A stretch of DNA of 64,000 nt, taken from positions 6,208 to 70,207 of the forward strand of contig JBDRLU010000068.1 in the NCBI GenBank assembly GCA_043812795.1, in the 5' to 3' direction. Position numbers and translations under genes: made by a program. This stretch comes from Chloroflexota bacterium. GTDB taxonomy: Bacteria; Chloroflexota; Dehalococcoidia; Dehalococcoidales; UBA2162. Positions 18,413 to 27,134 of the stretch are shown here, piece after piece. The stretch's first letter is position 1. The number at the start of each line of letters is the position of its first letter. The notes below the pieces were generated by a model. It did not search any database, was not told the DNA's origin, and was given only the letters and a program-made list of their open reading frames with translations.

Positions 18413-19198
18413 ATGGCCGAAAGTGAATATTTTGTCCGTTTCAGTTTAAGGCGACGAATTGAGCATGCGGCGCTCATCGTCACTTTCACGACGCTGGTGG
18501 TGACCGGCCTGACCCAGAAATTTTATACCGCCGGCGTAGCGGAGTGGCTTATCCTCCACCTCGGTGGTATCGAGACGGTACGTATTATTCACCGTATTTT
18601 CGCCGCCATTTTTACTCTCAGCGTGCTCTACCATCTGGTCAGCGTCACTTACGATGTGCTGGTCCGCCACTCGCGCCTGACAATGATACCGACGCGGAAA
18701 GACTTTGCCGACGTTCTCGATTATCTGAAATATACCATCGGCTTCAGAAAGGAGCCGCCGCAGTACGGCCGGTATAACTACCGCCAGACATTCGAATACT
18801 GGGGGATGATGTTCGGCAGCACCATTATTATCGTTACCGGTTTTGTCCTCGCTTTTCCCATTGCTGTCACCAGGTTTCTTCCCGGGCAAGTAGTGGTGGC
18901 TTCGGTCGTTTTCCACGGCTGGGAAGCTACGCTGGCCTTGCTGACTATTCTTGTCTGGCACGTCTACGAAGCCTTCCTGAAACCCGGTGTCTTCCCCGGC
19001 GACTTCAGTATCTTTACCGGCAAAATCTCCAAAGAAGAGATGCTGGAGGAACATGGTCTTGAGTATGCTGAAATAGCCAGTGAAAAACTTGAGCCGGTCC
19101 CCGTGGAAGTTGTTAGCGAGCAAATCCCGCCGGCTCCGCCGTCAGAAATAGAACATAGTTCTAGACCGGAAGACCAAAAACTTCCCCCAGAAAACTAG
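18413..19198 (+). CDS. FdnI/HydC-type di-heme cytochrome b membrane protein
   Basis: 261 aa with 4-5 TM segments and conserved His in helices (IEHAALIV, IHRIFAAIF..YHL, FHGWEA..VWHVYEA), as in Ni/Fe-hydrogenase/formate dehydrogenase b-type cytochromes. Confidence 0.7.
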   Translation: MAESEYFVRFSLRRRIEHAALIVTFTTLVVTGLTQKFYTAGVAEWLILHLGGIETVRIIHRIFAAIFTLSVLYHLVSVTYDVLVRHSRLTMIPTRKDFADVLDYLKYTIGFRKEPPQYGRYNYRQTFEYWGMMFGSTIIIVTGFVLAFPIAVTRFLPGQVVVASVVFHGWEATLALLTILVWHVYEAFLKPGVFPGDFSIFTGKISKEEMLEEHGLEYAEIASEKLEPVPVEVVSEQIPPAPPSEIEHSSRPEDQKLPPEN

Positions 19199-19215
19199 GA
19201 AAAATCTGGGGCTTT

Positions 19216-19551
19216 TCATACGCCCACTTTCTTGATGAAAGTTTTGTTAATTGGTGGGAAATTAACTATAAACACGATAATTCCAATAATACCAACTACC
19301 GAAAAGAAATATCTCTGGTCTTGAAATAACCTAACCCATACAGGATTAGTTGCTGGAGATGAACGACTTGCGAATTCAGGTCTGTCTGTTCCCACATCAC
19401 GAGCAATGTAGCGTCCGGTTCTATAAGTCTCGCCTTGTGGATACGCATTATGGGCAATGCCGAGTGGGACTAAGACCGAGAGCGTAATTACCAAAGCTAT
19501 CATTGATATGACCCATTGCCGTTTTGATGCTTTAACCTTTGTTCCATCCAT
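19216..19551 (-). CDS. Hypothetical two-TM membrane protein (111 aa)
   Basis: I chose the internal ATG at 19549-19551, preceded by AAAGAGG. This removes the overlap with the divergent gene. The gene is AT-rich. Confidence 0.4.
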   Translation of the reverse strand: MDGTKVKASKRQWVISMIALVITLSVLVPLGIAHNAYPQGETYRTGRYIARDVGTDRPEFASRSSPATNPVWVRLFQDQRYFFSVVGIIGIIVFIVNFPPINKTFIKKVGV

Positions 19552-19692
19552 AGCGCGCCTCTTTTCTAAGTTTAGCACAAATTCACCTTTGTACCGTAAT
19601 GCAAAAGACCATGCGTAAGCGACATAACATATATAGTGCGAAGCATATAATAGGAGATAGTTAATAAATATAGGCAAGAGGAGGGATAAAAG

Positions 19693-20322
19693 ATGGATAC
19701 CATTAAACATACCAATTCAGGAAAGGCAAAGCCATTCAAAGGCTCTGGTATGAAAGGAGAGAGCCTATTTCATACTTTTATTATTAATGTCGTAGCGAGA
19801 GAACTTGAAGTTATTAGCGCTAATTATGGGAAACGTCTCTCTTATATAAGCAAGGCTAAGGATGACCGTCTGCTGGCTGTGGCTGGTGCCTTAGCTGTAG
19901 AGGATGCATTAGATAGTCTTCTTATAGCATATATACCTAAATATAAAATCCTTAAGGATAATAAAGATATAACCTTCGCAATAAAGACAGATCTGATGCG
20001 TTCACTAAAACTAATTCCGGCGCATCTTTTAAGGGCAGTAGAAGTTATCCGTAAAATCAGAAACGAATTTGCTCATGAATTACACATAGACCATTTTGAT
20101 TTGATAAGCACGAGAAATAAAGATGAATTGACTAGAATATTTATAGAACTGCATCCCGAAGATGATGCCAATAGTTACGTATTATCGAGAATGTTTGGGA
20201 CAATAATTTCAGGCTTACTTGCATGTTTTGGCGCTTACGCTTCTAATTTAAGATTAGCAAGAGAATATATCTATAGTGAAGATTTCCAGGGCCAGATAAG
20301 AGAGATAATAAAGGCAACTTAG
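19693..20322 (+). CDS. HEPN-like (Rx4H motif) protein, DUF4145/MtlR-like
   Basis: 209 aa. VEVIRKIRNEFAHEL contains R-N-E-F-A-H (the Rx4-6H HEPN signature). The protein is all-helical in character and the gene is AT-rich. A GAGGAGGG RBS is present. Confidence 0.5.
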   Translation: MDTIKHTNSGKAKPFKGSGMKGESLFHTFIINVVARELEVISANYGKRLSYISKAKDDRLLAVAGALAVEDALDSLLIAYIPKYKILKDNKDITFAIKTDLMRSLKLIPAHLLRAVEVIRKIRNEFAHELHIDHFDLISTRNKDELTRIFIELHPEDDANSYVLSRMFGTIISGLLACFGAYASNLRLAREYIYSEDFQGQIREIIKAT

Positions 20323-20538
20323 AAATAAATTCCTTGTCGAATACCTCTGTAAAACTAAAAGCGAATTACAGGACTTTTAAAGTCCCTTATTAGGGGACAG
20401 TCGAGGTCACGAAAGCGCTTTTTCTATTAGTCCGCAAAATTAATGAAAATCCACCATGCAAAACATGGCTTTAAGCCCATGATAAGTAGATAATTACCTG
20501 AAAAGACGTTAAGAAGCCTTAAAATCGATTACAGTGCG

Positions 20539-21603
20539 TTACTTCTCACTACCAGTAAAAAACGGCTCCGGCCGGCCTAAAATTCGGGCGACTTGCTCCA
20601 GCAGGTTTTGCAGCCCCCATTTTCGGGTGGCGGAAACGAGGACCGTATTCTCACTGACCGGCACGGCCTGTTGCGCCAGATAATCCATGGCTTGTTCTTC
20701 GTTCCAGGTCTGTTTCTTGTCCAGCAACAAATCGATTTTATTCAGTACCGTAATTCTTGGCTTGTTACCGAGGTCGAGGTCGGCTAAAGTTTCCTCCACC
20801 ACCTGGTATTGCTCTGAAGCATTATGTGAAGCCATATCGACGACATGGAGGAGCACATTCGCCTCGGCCAGTTCTTCGAGGGTGGCGCGAAAAGCCGTCA
20901 CGATAGTCGGCGGCAGCTTGCGGATAAAACCCACCGTATCCGATAATAAGACCGTCCTTTTGTCCGGCAGAGTAATACGGCGGGTGGTGGGGTCGAGGGT
21001 GGCAAAAAGCCTGTTCTCCACGAAGACGCCCGCCTGGCTGAGGGCATTGAACAGAGTGCTTTTACCGGTGTTGGTATAGCCGACGATAGCCACGACGGGC
21101 ACGGCCCTTTTCTGCCGCTGGTGGCGGTACAGCTGGCGATGTTTTCTGACTTCTTCAATCTGCGTCTTCAGGCGATGTATTTTCTGGCGGAGAAGACGAC
21201 GGTCGGTCTCGAGCTGTGATTCACCGGGGCCACGTGTGCCGATGCCGCCGCCCAGCCTTTCCAGATGACGCCACTGTCCGGCCAGGCGCGGGTAAAGGTA
21301 CTCGTGCTGGGCCAGCTCGACCTGCAGTTGTCCCTCGCGGGTGCGGGCACGCCGGGCAAAAATGTCCAATATCAGGGCGACGCGGTCGATTATCTTGACC
21401 TGAAGGAACTCTTCCAGATTGTGCTGTTGCTGCGGCGAAAGCTCATCGTCAATGATAACGACGTCGAAGTTCAGGTTGTCTTTTTGCGCGAGCAGTTCGG
21501 TAAGTTTGCCTTTGCCGAGGTAATGTGTGCCCGAAGGTTGCGGCAAGTGCTGGATAATCCGGCCGACCACTTCTGCCTCGGCGGTCCTGGCTAACTGGGC
21601 CAA
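20539..21603 (-). CDS. hflX: GTPase HflX (coordinates from the first canonical start; true N-terminus probably further upstream, up to ~21711)
   Basis: It has LDIFARRARTREGQLQVELAQ, G1 GYTNTGKST and G4 NKID. The HflX-like sequence ERAFLVSVATRD...SLEEL continues in frame upstream of the TTG at 21603. Confidence 0.9.
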   Translation of the reverse strand: MAQLARTAEAEVVGRIIQHLPQPSGTHYLGKGKLTELLAQKDNLNFDVVIIDDELSPQQQHNLEEFLQVKIIDRVALILDIFARRARTREGQLQVELAQHEYLYPRLAGQWRHLERLGGGIGTRGPGESQLETDRRLLRQKIHRLKTQIEEVRKHRQLYRHQRQKRAVPVVAIVGYTNTGKSTLFNALSQAGVFVENRLFATLDPTTRRITLPDKRTVLLSDTVGFIRKLPPTIVTAFRATLEELAEANVLLHVVDMASHNASEQYQVVEETLADLDLGNKPRITVLNKIDLLLDKKQTWNEEQAMDYLAQQAVPVSENTVLVSATRKWGLQNLLEQVARILGRPEPFFTGSEK

Positions 21604-21732
21604 CTCTTCCAGAGAGTCCTCGGCAGACCATCCCCCGGTATTGTCTCTGGTGGCAACACTTACCAGGAATGCCCGTTCCGTGGCTGTCCGTGTTTCAACA
21701 GTGCCTTTGATGTTTCTCCCTGAAACTTTATG

Positions 21733-22923
21733 TCAACTCACTTTACCGGTCAGTTTCTTTTTATTATCGCACCAGTTGGTCAGCCGTGATAAGCCTTTGA
21801 CGAGGCTGGAATCAGCGATAGTCAGCGACAGGCGGATGTAGCCTTCGCCACTCGGCCCATAACCGATGCCGGGCGTAACTACCACGCCCACCTGGTCGAG
21901 TAGTTCGGTGGCGAAGTCCACGGAATTATAGCCTTCGGGTACTTTCGCCCAGACGTATAGACTTGCCTTCGGTGCCTTCGCCTTGAGGCCGATGCTATTC
22001 AAGGTCTCCACCACCAGGTCGCGGCGCTTCTGATAGATGGTGTTGTGCTCCTGGATGCAGTCCTGTGGCCCCAGCAAGGCTTCGATGGCCATATACTGGA
22101 TGGCCTGCGGAATACCCGAATCGAGGTTCGATTTGACGGTCTTCAGGGCATTCACCATGTCGGCATTACCGACGACCATACCGATGCGCCAGCCGGTCAT
22201 GTTATACGTTTTGGACAGGGAATGGAACTCAACGCCAACGTCTCTCGCTCCCCTGGCCTGCAGGAAGCTGACGGGGCGATAGCCATCGAAGGCGACCTCG
22301 CTGTACGGTCCGTCATGGCAGATAGCTATATCGTAGCGCCTGGCGAATTCGACGGCCCGGTTGAAGAAATCGAGTCCGGCTACGGCGCCCGTCGGGTTAT
22401 TCGGGTAGTTCAGCCAGAGTAGCTTGGCCTTTTTGGCGACGGTCTCGGGGATACTTTCCAAGTCCGGTAAAAAACCGCTCTCTTCAGCGAGGGGCAAATA
22501 GTAAGGTTTGCCGCCGGCGAGTGTCGTCCCGATAGAATAGACCGGATAGGCCGGGTCGGGCACTAAGGCTGTATCTCCCGGGTCGATAAAGCACAGGGCA
22601 ATATGGGCGATACCTTCTTTTGCGCCGATGAGCGGCAAGACTTCCCTGTCCGGGTCGAGGGTAATACCGAAGCGGCGGCGGTACCACTCGGCCACAGCCC
22701 GGCGCAGTTCCGGCAGGCTATCGGACTCAGGGTAGCGGTGGTTGGCTGGGTCGCGGGCCGCTTCGCACAGTCGGTTGATGATATGCGGCGGTGTCGGGAT
22801 ATCCGGGTCCCCGATGCCGAAGGTGACCACTTCCTCGCCCTTGGCCCGCTTGGCCGCAATCTTCTTGCTGATTTCAACAAAAAGGTAGGGCGGCAGGCTG
22901 GCAATTCGTTTGGCCATTCTCAT
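21733..22923 (-). CDS. dapL: LL-diaminopimelate aminotransferase (DapL-type class I aminotransferase)
   Basis: IASLPPYLFVEISKKI, GIGDPDIPTP, NYPNNPTG and SLSKTYNMTGWRIG (PLP Lys) are present. It is adjacent to dapF. I chose the ATG at 22921-22923 (RBS GAGGGGGA); the long ORF reaches 22941. Confidence 0.8.
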   Translation of the reverse strand: MRMAKRIASLPPYLFVEISKKIAAKRAKGEEVVTFGIGDPDIPTPPHIINRLCEAARDPANHRYPESDSLPELRRAVAEWYRRRFGITLDPDREVLPLIGAKEGIAHIALCFIDPGDTALVPDPAYPVYSIGTTLAGGKPYYLPLAEESGFLPDLESIPETVAKKAKLLWLNYPNNPTGAVAGLDFFNRAVEFARRYDIAICHDGPYSEVAFDGYRPVSFLQARGARDVGVEFHSLSKTYNMTGWRIGMVVGNADMVNALKTVKSNLDSGIPQAIQYMAIEALLGPQDCIQEHNTIYQKRRDLVVETLNSIGLKAKAPKASLYVWAKVPEGYNSVDFATELLDQVGVVVTPGIGYGPSGEGYIRLSLTIADSSLVKGLSRLTNWCDNKKKLTGKVS

Positions 22924-22948
22924 CTCAGTCCCCCTCACCAAAACTTAT

Positions 22949-23791
22949 TTAACGGTGGCTCTCCGGCCATTCGCCGGTAAAGACCGTTTCCGCCGGGCCG
23001 CTTAAAAAGACTTCGCCCGTCCCGTCCCATTCCACCTCCAGAGTCCCGCCCGGTAGCTTTATTTCCGCCTTGTTATCGATATATTTATTGAGCCGGGCGG
23101 CAACGGTGATAGCGGAGGCGCCGCTACCGCAGGCCAGGGTCTCGCCGACTCCTTTTTCCCAGACGCGGGCTTCGATTCGCCCGCGCTTGACGACACGGGC
23201 CACTTCAAAATTTACTCCTTTGGGGAATATTTTGTGTGTTTCGATTTTAGGCCCGAGTTCTAACAAGGGAAAGTCAGCTACCGGTTCCGGGGAAAAATAG
23301 ACGGCATGCGGATTTCCCATGGAAACTAAACCCAGTTCCAGTTTCTTACCGGCAACGGTGAGGCTCTGGCTCATCGTTGATTTTATGTCGGCTGGCTTAC
23401 CCGCCCCATTGCCCAGACTGGGCTTGCCCATGCCGGCTCTTACCTTAGCGACCTTTCCGTTCACCTTAAAGAACTGGGCTTTTCTCACTCCGGCCAGAGT
23501 TTCTATTGAAACCTCTTTCACTCCGGCTTTAACCAGCCCTTGGTCGACGACATACTTCACCACGCACCTGAGTCCATTGCCGCAGGCTTCAGCCTCACTG
23601 CCATCCGTGTTAAAAATACGCATACGGAAGTCGGCGACCCGGGAAGGTACTACCAGCAACAGGCCATCGGCGCCGATGCCGTAATGGCGGTCGCACATAG
23701 CGATAGCCAATTGCGACCAATCGCTTTCGGTTTCGCCGGTCTCGACCAGCACAAAATCGTTGCCGGCGCCCTGCATTTTGCTAAATTGCAT
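22949..23791 (-). CDS. dapF: Diaminopimelate epimerase
   Basis: MQFSKMQGAGNDFVLV, with catalytic Cys contexts EACGNG and LACGSGA. Confidence 0.9.
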   Translation of the reverse strand: MQFSKMQGAGNDFVLVETGETESDWSQLAIAMCDRHYGIGADGLLLVVPSRVADFRMRIFNTDGSEAEACGNGLRCVVKYVVDQGLVKAGVKEVSIETLAGVRKAQFFKVNGKVAKVRAGMGKPSLGNGAGKPADIKSTMSQSLTVAGKKLELGLVSMGNPHAVYFSPEPVADFPLLELGPKIETHKIFPKGVNFEVARVVKRGRIEARVWEKGVGETLACGSGASAITVAARLNKYIDNKAEIKLPGGTLEVEWDGTGEVFLSGPAETVFTGEWPESHR

Positions 23792-23957
23792 GTTTTGTCT
23801 CGCTAACCGTTTATTTTTATTGATACCGTTTCATAATCAAGGGAAGCGGGAGACAGGCTCGCATTTCATTTTCTTGTCGGTCGAGCCTCTTCCCGCTTCG
23901 TCTTAACCCATGTGGCAAAATTTTATCATAATTGTCCAGTGACAACAACTACTTTTT

Positions 23958-23986
23958 ATTTTATTGCTCATGGAGGAGTCGGTCAA
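23958..23986 (-). promoter_or_regulatory. Possible promoter of dapF-dapL-hflX
   Basis: The minus strand reads TTGACC-17 nt-TAAAAT. This would give a ~165-nt leader containing the long hairpin at 23843-23899. Confidence 0.4.
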
Positions 23987-23996
23987 TTATAGCGAA

Positions 23997-24025
23997 CTGT
24001 CAGCTGACAGCTGTCGGCTATCGGC
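23997..24025. repeat. AGCTGAY-type heptamer array
   Basis: ctgtcag ctgacag ctgtcgg ctatcgg c, four 7-nt units. Confidence 0.6.
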
Positions 24026-24085
24026 AACTTTGAGATTGCCCCGTCCTTTCCGAGGAATGACTCGTAATGACAGTCAAAAGCGTTT

Positions 24086-24115
24086 TTGACATTTGCCCTG
24101 ATTTAGGGCTATTAT
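24086..24115 (+). promoter_or_regulatory. Sigma-70-like promoter giving a (near-)leaderless response-regulator mRNA
   Basis: TTGACA-18 nt-TATTAT ends 9 nt before the ATG at 24125. There is no Shine-Dalgarno sequence in between. Confidence 0.45.
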
Positions 24116-24124
24116 ATTCCGCAA

Positions 24125-24826
24125 ATGAAGCCGTACCGCGTGTTGCTGGTTGATGATGAGGAGCGCATCCTGAATTTCCTGAGGATTAAGCTTAAAGCTC
24201 AGGGCTATTCCGTATTGACGGCGTCCAACGGGGTTGAGGCGGTGGAGCAGGCCCAGATGCAAGCTCCCGACCTGATTGTGCTCGACGTAGTCATGCCGAA
24301 AATGGACGGTTTCGCCACGCTTCAAGAGTTGCGTAGTTTCTCATCGGTACCGGTTATTTTCCTCAGTGCCAGAGAATCTGACGCGGATAAAATTAAAGGG
24401 CTCAGCCTGGGTGCGGATGATTATCTACCGAAACCATTCAACCCTGCCGAGTTGGTGGCCCGCATCGAGGCGGTACGGCGCCGCCTGGGAACGGCGGAGA
24501 GCCGGACGCCGTTAGCCGGGCAACTTGCTCTGAATGATGTTGTGGTTGATTTCGACCGGCGCCTGGTAACGATTAATGGTCAGGAAGTGCGTCTGACGCG
24601 AATCGAGTGGCTGTTGCTCAGTGAGCTGGCCCGCAATGTTGGTCGCCTGATGACCTACGAAGACCTGCTGACGCGGGTGTGGGGTCCTGAGTATCGCGAT
24701 GACGTCCAGATATTGCGGACGTGGGTCAGTCGGTTACGCCACCGTATCGAGAAAGACCCTAATCAACCGCAACTTATCCGTACTGTTCCCAAGACTGGCT
24801 ATATCATCGACCAGCCCTCGGCGTAG
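24125..24826 (+). CDS. OmpR/PhoB-family response regulator (orphan)
   Basis: The receiver has LLVDDE, DLIVLDVVMPKMDG and a conserved K (LPKPF). The winged helix has LTRIEWLLLSELA...RTVPKTGY. No histidine kinase lies nearby. Confidence 0.9.
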   Translation: MKPYRVLLVDDEERILNFLRIKLKAQGYSVLTASNGVEAVEQAQMQAPDLIVLDVVMPKMDGFATLQELRSFSSVPVIFLSARESDADKIKGLSLGADDYLPKPFNPAELVARIEAVRRRLGTAESRTPLAGQLALNDVVVDFDRRLVTINGQEVRLTRIEWLLLSELARNVGRLMTYEDLLTRVWGPEYRDDVQILRTWVSRLRHRIEKDPNQPQLIRTVPKTGYIIDQPSA

Positions 24827-24973
24827 CGCACCGTCCCACAGCATCCCCGGCAAAACTTCTCGTCATCCCCGAAAATGTCATAGTTTTGTTATTTTTCCCC
24901 CTGTTTTTTTGTAACTTTTCCATTGTCCACTCTTTAAAATACACCCATAGAGTCTTTTAAAGGGAGGAGGACG

Positions 24974-25204
24974 ATGGTTGCGATTTTACCTAGGCCTAAT
25001 TTGATAGACATACCCGTCGCCGAAGAAGGACAGAGCACCAGTACGCGCGAGCTGGTGGCATTATGTCCGCAGTGCAAAGCTTTTGAGACTCTCAGCTTCG
25101 TCAATGGACGCCTGGTACAAACCCGAAAGTTTAGCCAGTATGGCGGCGAGATATATCACGACTGTGGCTGCAATCAGCCTTGCCGTCTGTACCGCACTTG
25201 CTAA
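24974..25204 (+). CDS. Small Cys-rich hypothetical protein (76 aa)
   Basis: A GGGAGGAGGA RBS is present. CPQC...HDCGCNQPC suggests a metal-binding knuckle. Confidence 0.5.
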   Translation: MVAILPRPNLIDIPVAEEGQSTSTRELVALCPQCKAFETLSFVNGRLVQTRKFSQYGGEIYHDCGCNQPCRLYRTC

Positions 25205-25385
25205 GTATCTGGAAGCTAATGATTAAGGTCTACGAGAGTTAGTGATAGGACAGCTGGTAGTCCAAGCTCTTTGCGGCCTTGAGGAAGAATATTAATTTGG
25301 GTTCAAACTTTACGGTGGGTGAAAATTACATGGTGCAGGTTAATGACCAGACCACCAACTTCGTGATGCCGAAATAGGAGGTGCC

Positions 25386-27134
25386 ATGCCAGTAGATATC
25401 AATTTTGTGGTCGGCGGTGAAGCCGGGCAGGGAGTGCAAACGGTAGGCTTCCTACTCGGCAAAGTCTTTGCTCGCGGTGGTTATCATGTTTTTGCCGACC
25501 AGGACTACGAGTCAAGGGTAAGGGGCGGGCATAACTTTTTCCGTGTCAGAGTAAGCGACCGTCCCATTGGTGGCGTCCTGGAGCCGGTGGACGCGCTTAT
25601 TGCTCTCAACCAGGAAACGATTGAGCTGCACCGCCGAGAGTTATCGGAAAACGGTGTTGTAATCTTTGACGGCGAGAAGATAAGCCTGGCTGAGTCCGGC
25701 CCAAACTTGTTTAATGTGCCCTTGGAGCGGCTGGCGGACGAGAAAGCAGGCGGTAAAGTGATGGCCAATACTGTTGCTCTAGGTGCTGCTCTGTGTCTGG
25801 TGAAATATGATTTTTCAATATTGGAAAAGGTATTACGAGAATATTTCGGGGCTGAGGTTGGTGAGGACAATGTCAAGGCAGCTAAAGTCGGTTACGAGTA
25901 TTTACAGGAGAATTTTGGCGGTAAACTCAGCCAGGCACTCCCCACGATAAAGAAGAATAACAGTAAACAGATGCTATTGACCGGGAACGATGCCATTGCC
26001 CTCGGTGCCATCGCCGCCGGCTGTAAGTTTATATCGGCTTATCCCATGACTCCGGCCACTTCCATATTGGAGTATATGGCGACTAAAGCCGGAGAATTAG
26101 GTCTGGCGGTGGTGCAAACTGAAGATGAAATTTCGGCAGTTAATATGGCTATCGGAGCAGCCTTTGCCGGAGCCAGAGCTATTACCGCCACTTCAGGTAG
26201 CGGTTTTTGTCTTATGGTCGAGGGGTTAGGGCTGGCCGGGATAACCGAGACACCGGTTGTCATTGTGGACGCCCAACGTCCCGGCCCGGCGGTTGGCATG
26301 CCGACCCGGACCGAACAAGGCGACCTCCAGTTCGTCCTTCACGCCCATCAGGGGGACTTTCCCCGGGCCGTTTTCGCCCCTGCCTCCGTTGAAGACGCTT
26401 TCTGGCTGACCGTGAAAGCCTTTAATGTGGCCGACAAGTACCAGTTGCCCGTTATTATCCTGACCGATCACCACCTGGCCACTTCCTATGCCACGGTCAA
26501 CCGGTTCGACCTTAGCCAGGTCACCATTGACCGGGGGCTGCTCTTTTCCAGTAAGGATGGGTCTCCAGAGGAATACAAACGGCACAAGGTAACGCCGACG
26601 GGTATATCACCGAGAGCTTTTCCCGGCGGTGAAGCCCTGGTCGTTACCGATTCTGACGAACATGATGAAGAAGGACACATGATTGAAGACGCACCAACCC
26701 GTACCGCGCAGATGCAGAAGCGCCTGCGTAAGATGTTCGGCTTGAAGACGGAAATAGCCGAGCCACGCCGGCACGGTCCGGCGAAAGCGGATATGGTCCT
26801 TATCGGCTGGGGAAGCACGTATGGCGCCATTCGTGAGGCGGTTGACCTGCTCCGTAAGGACGGCGAGAGCGTCAAACTGCTGCATTTCAGCGAGCTATGG
26901 CCTTTCCCCTCCGAGGCAGTTATCGATACGCTGAGTAAAGCCAAAATGAGCTTTGTTATTGAAAACAATGCCAGCGGCCAACTAGCCCGCCTGATACGTG
27001 CCCAGACCGGAAAAGAAATGAGCGGCATGGTGCTCAAATACGACGGGCGGCCGTTTACCCCGGCCCATGTCGCCCGAGAGATACATAAGGAGGTTTGCCG
27101 AAATGGTCACTCTTGCTCAATACAGCAGCCTTAA
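25386..27134 (+). CDS. korA: 2-oxoacid (2-oxoglutarate-type):ferredoxin oxidoreductase, fused gamma-alpha subunit
   Basis: 582 aa. The N-terminal gamma-like GGEAGQGVQTVG module is followed by an alpha module (GNDAIALGAIAAGCKF..YPMTPAT, EDEISAVNMAIGA). Confidence 0.8.
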   Translation: MPVDINFVVGGEAGQGVQTVGFLLGKVFARGGYHVFADQDYESRVRGGHNFFRVRVSDRPIGGVLEPVDALIALNQETIELHRRELSENGVVIFDGEKISLAESGPNLFNVPLERLADEKAGGKVMANTVALGAALCLVKYDFSILEKVLREYFGAEVGEDNVKAAKVGYEYLQENFGGKLSQALPTIKKNNSKQMLLTGNDAIALGAIAAGCKFISAYPMTPATSILEYMATKAGELGLAVVQTEDEISAVNMAIGAAFAGARAITATSGSGFCLMVEGLGLAGITETPVVIVDAQRPGPAVGMPTRTEQGDLQFVLHAHQGDFPRAVFAPASVEDAFWLTVKAFNVADKYQLPVIILTDHHLATSYATVNRFDLSQVTIDRGLLFSSKDGSPEEYKRHKVTPTGISPRAFPGGEALVVTDSDEHDEEGHMIEDAPTRTAQMQKRLRKMFGLKTEIAEPRRHGPAKADMVLIGWGSTYGAIREAVDLLRKDGESVKLLHFSELWPFPSEAVIDTLSKAKMSFVIENNASGQLARLIRAQTGKEMSGMVLKYDGRPFTPAHVAREIHKEVCRNGHSCSIQQP

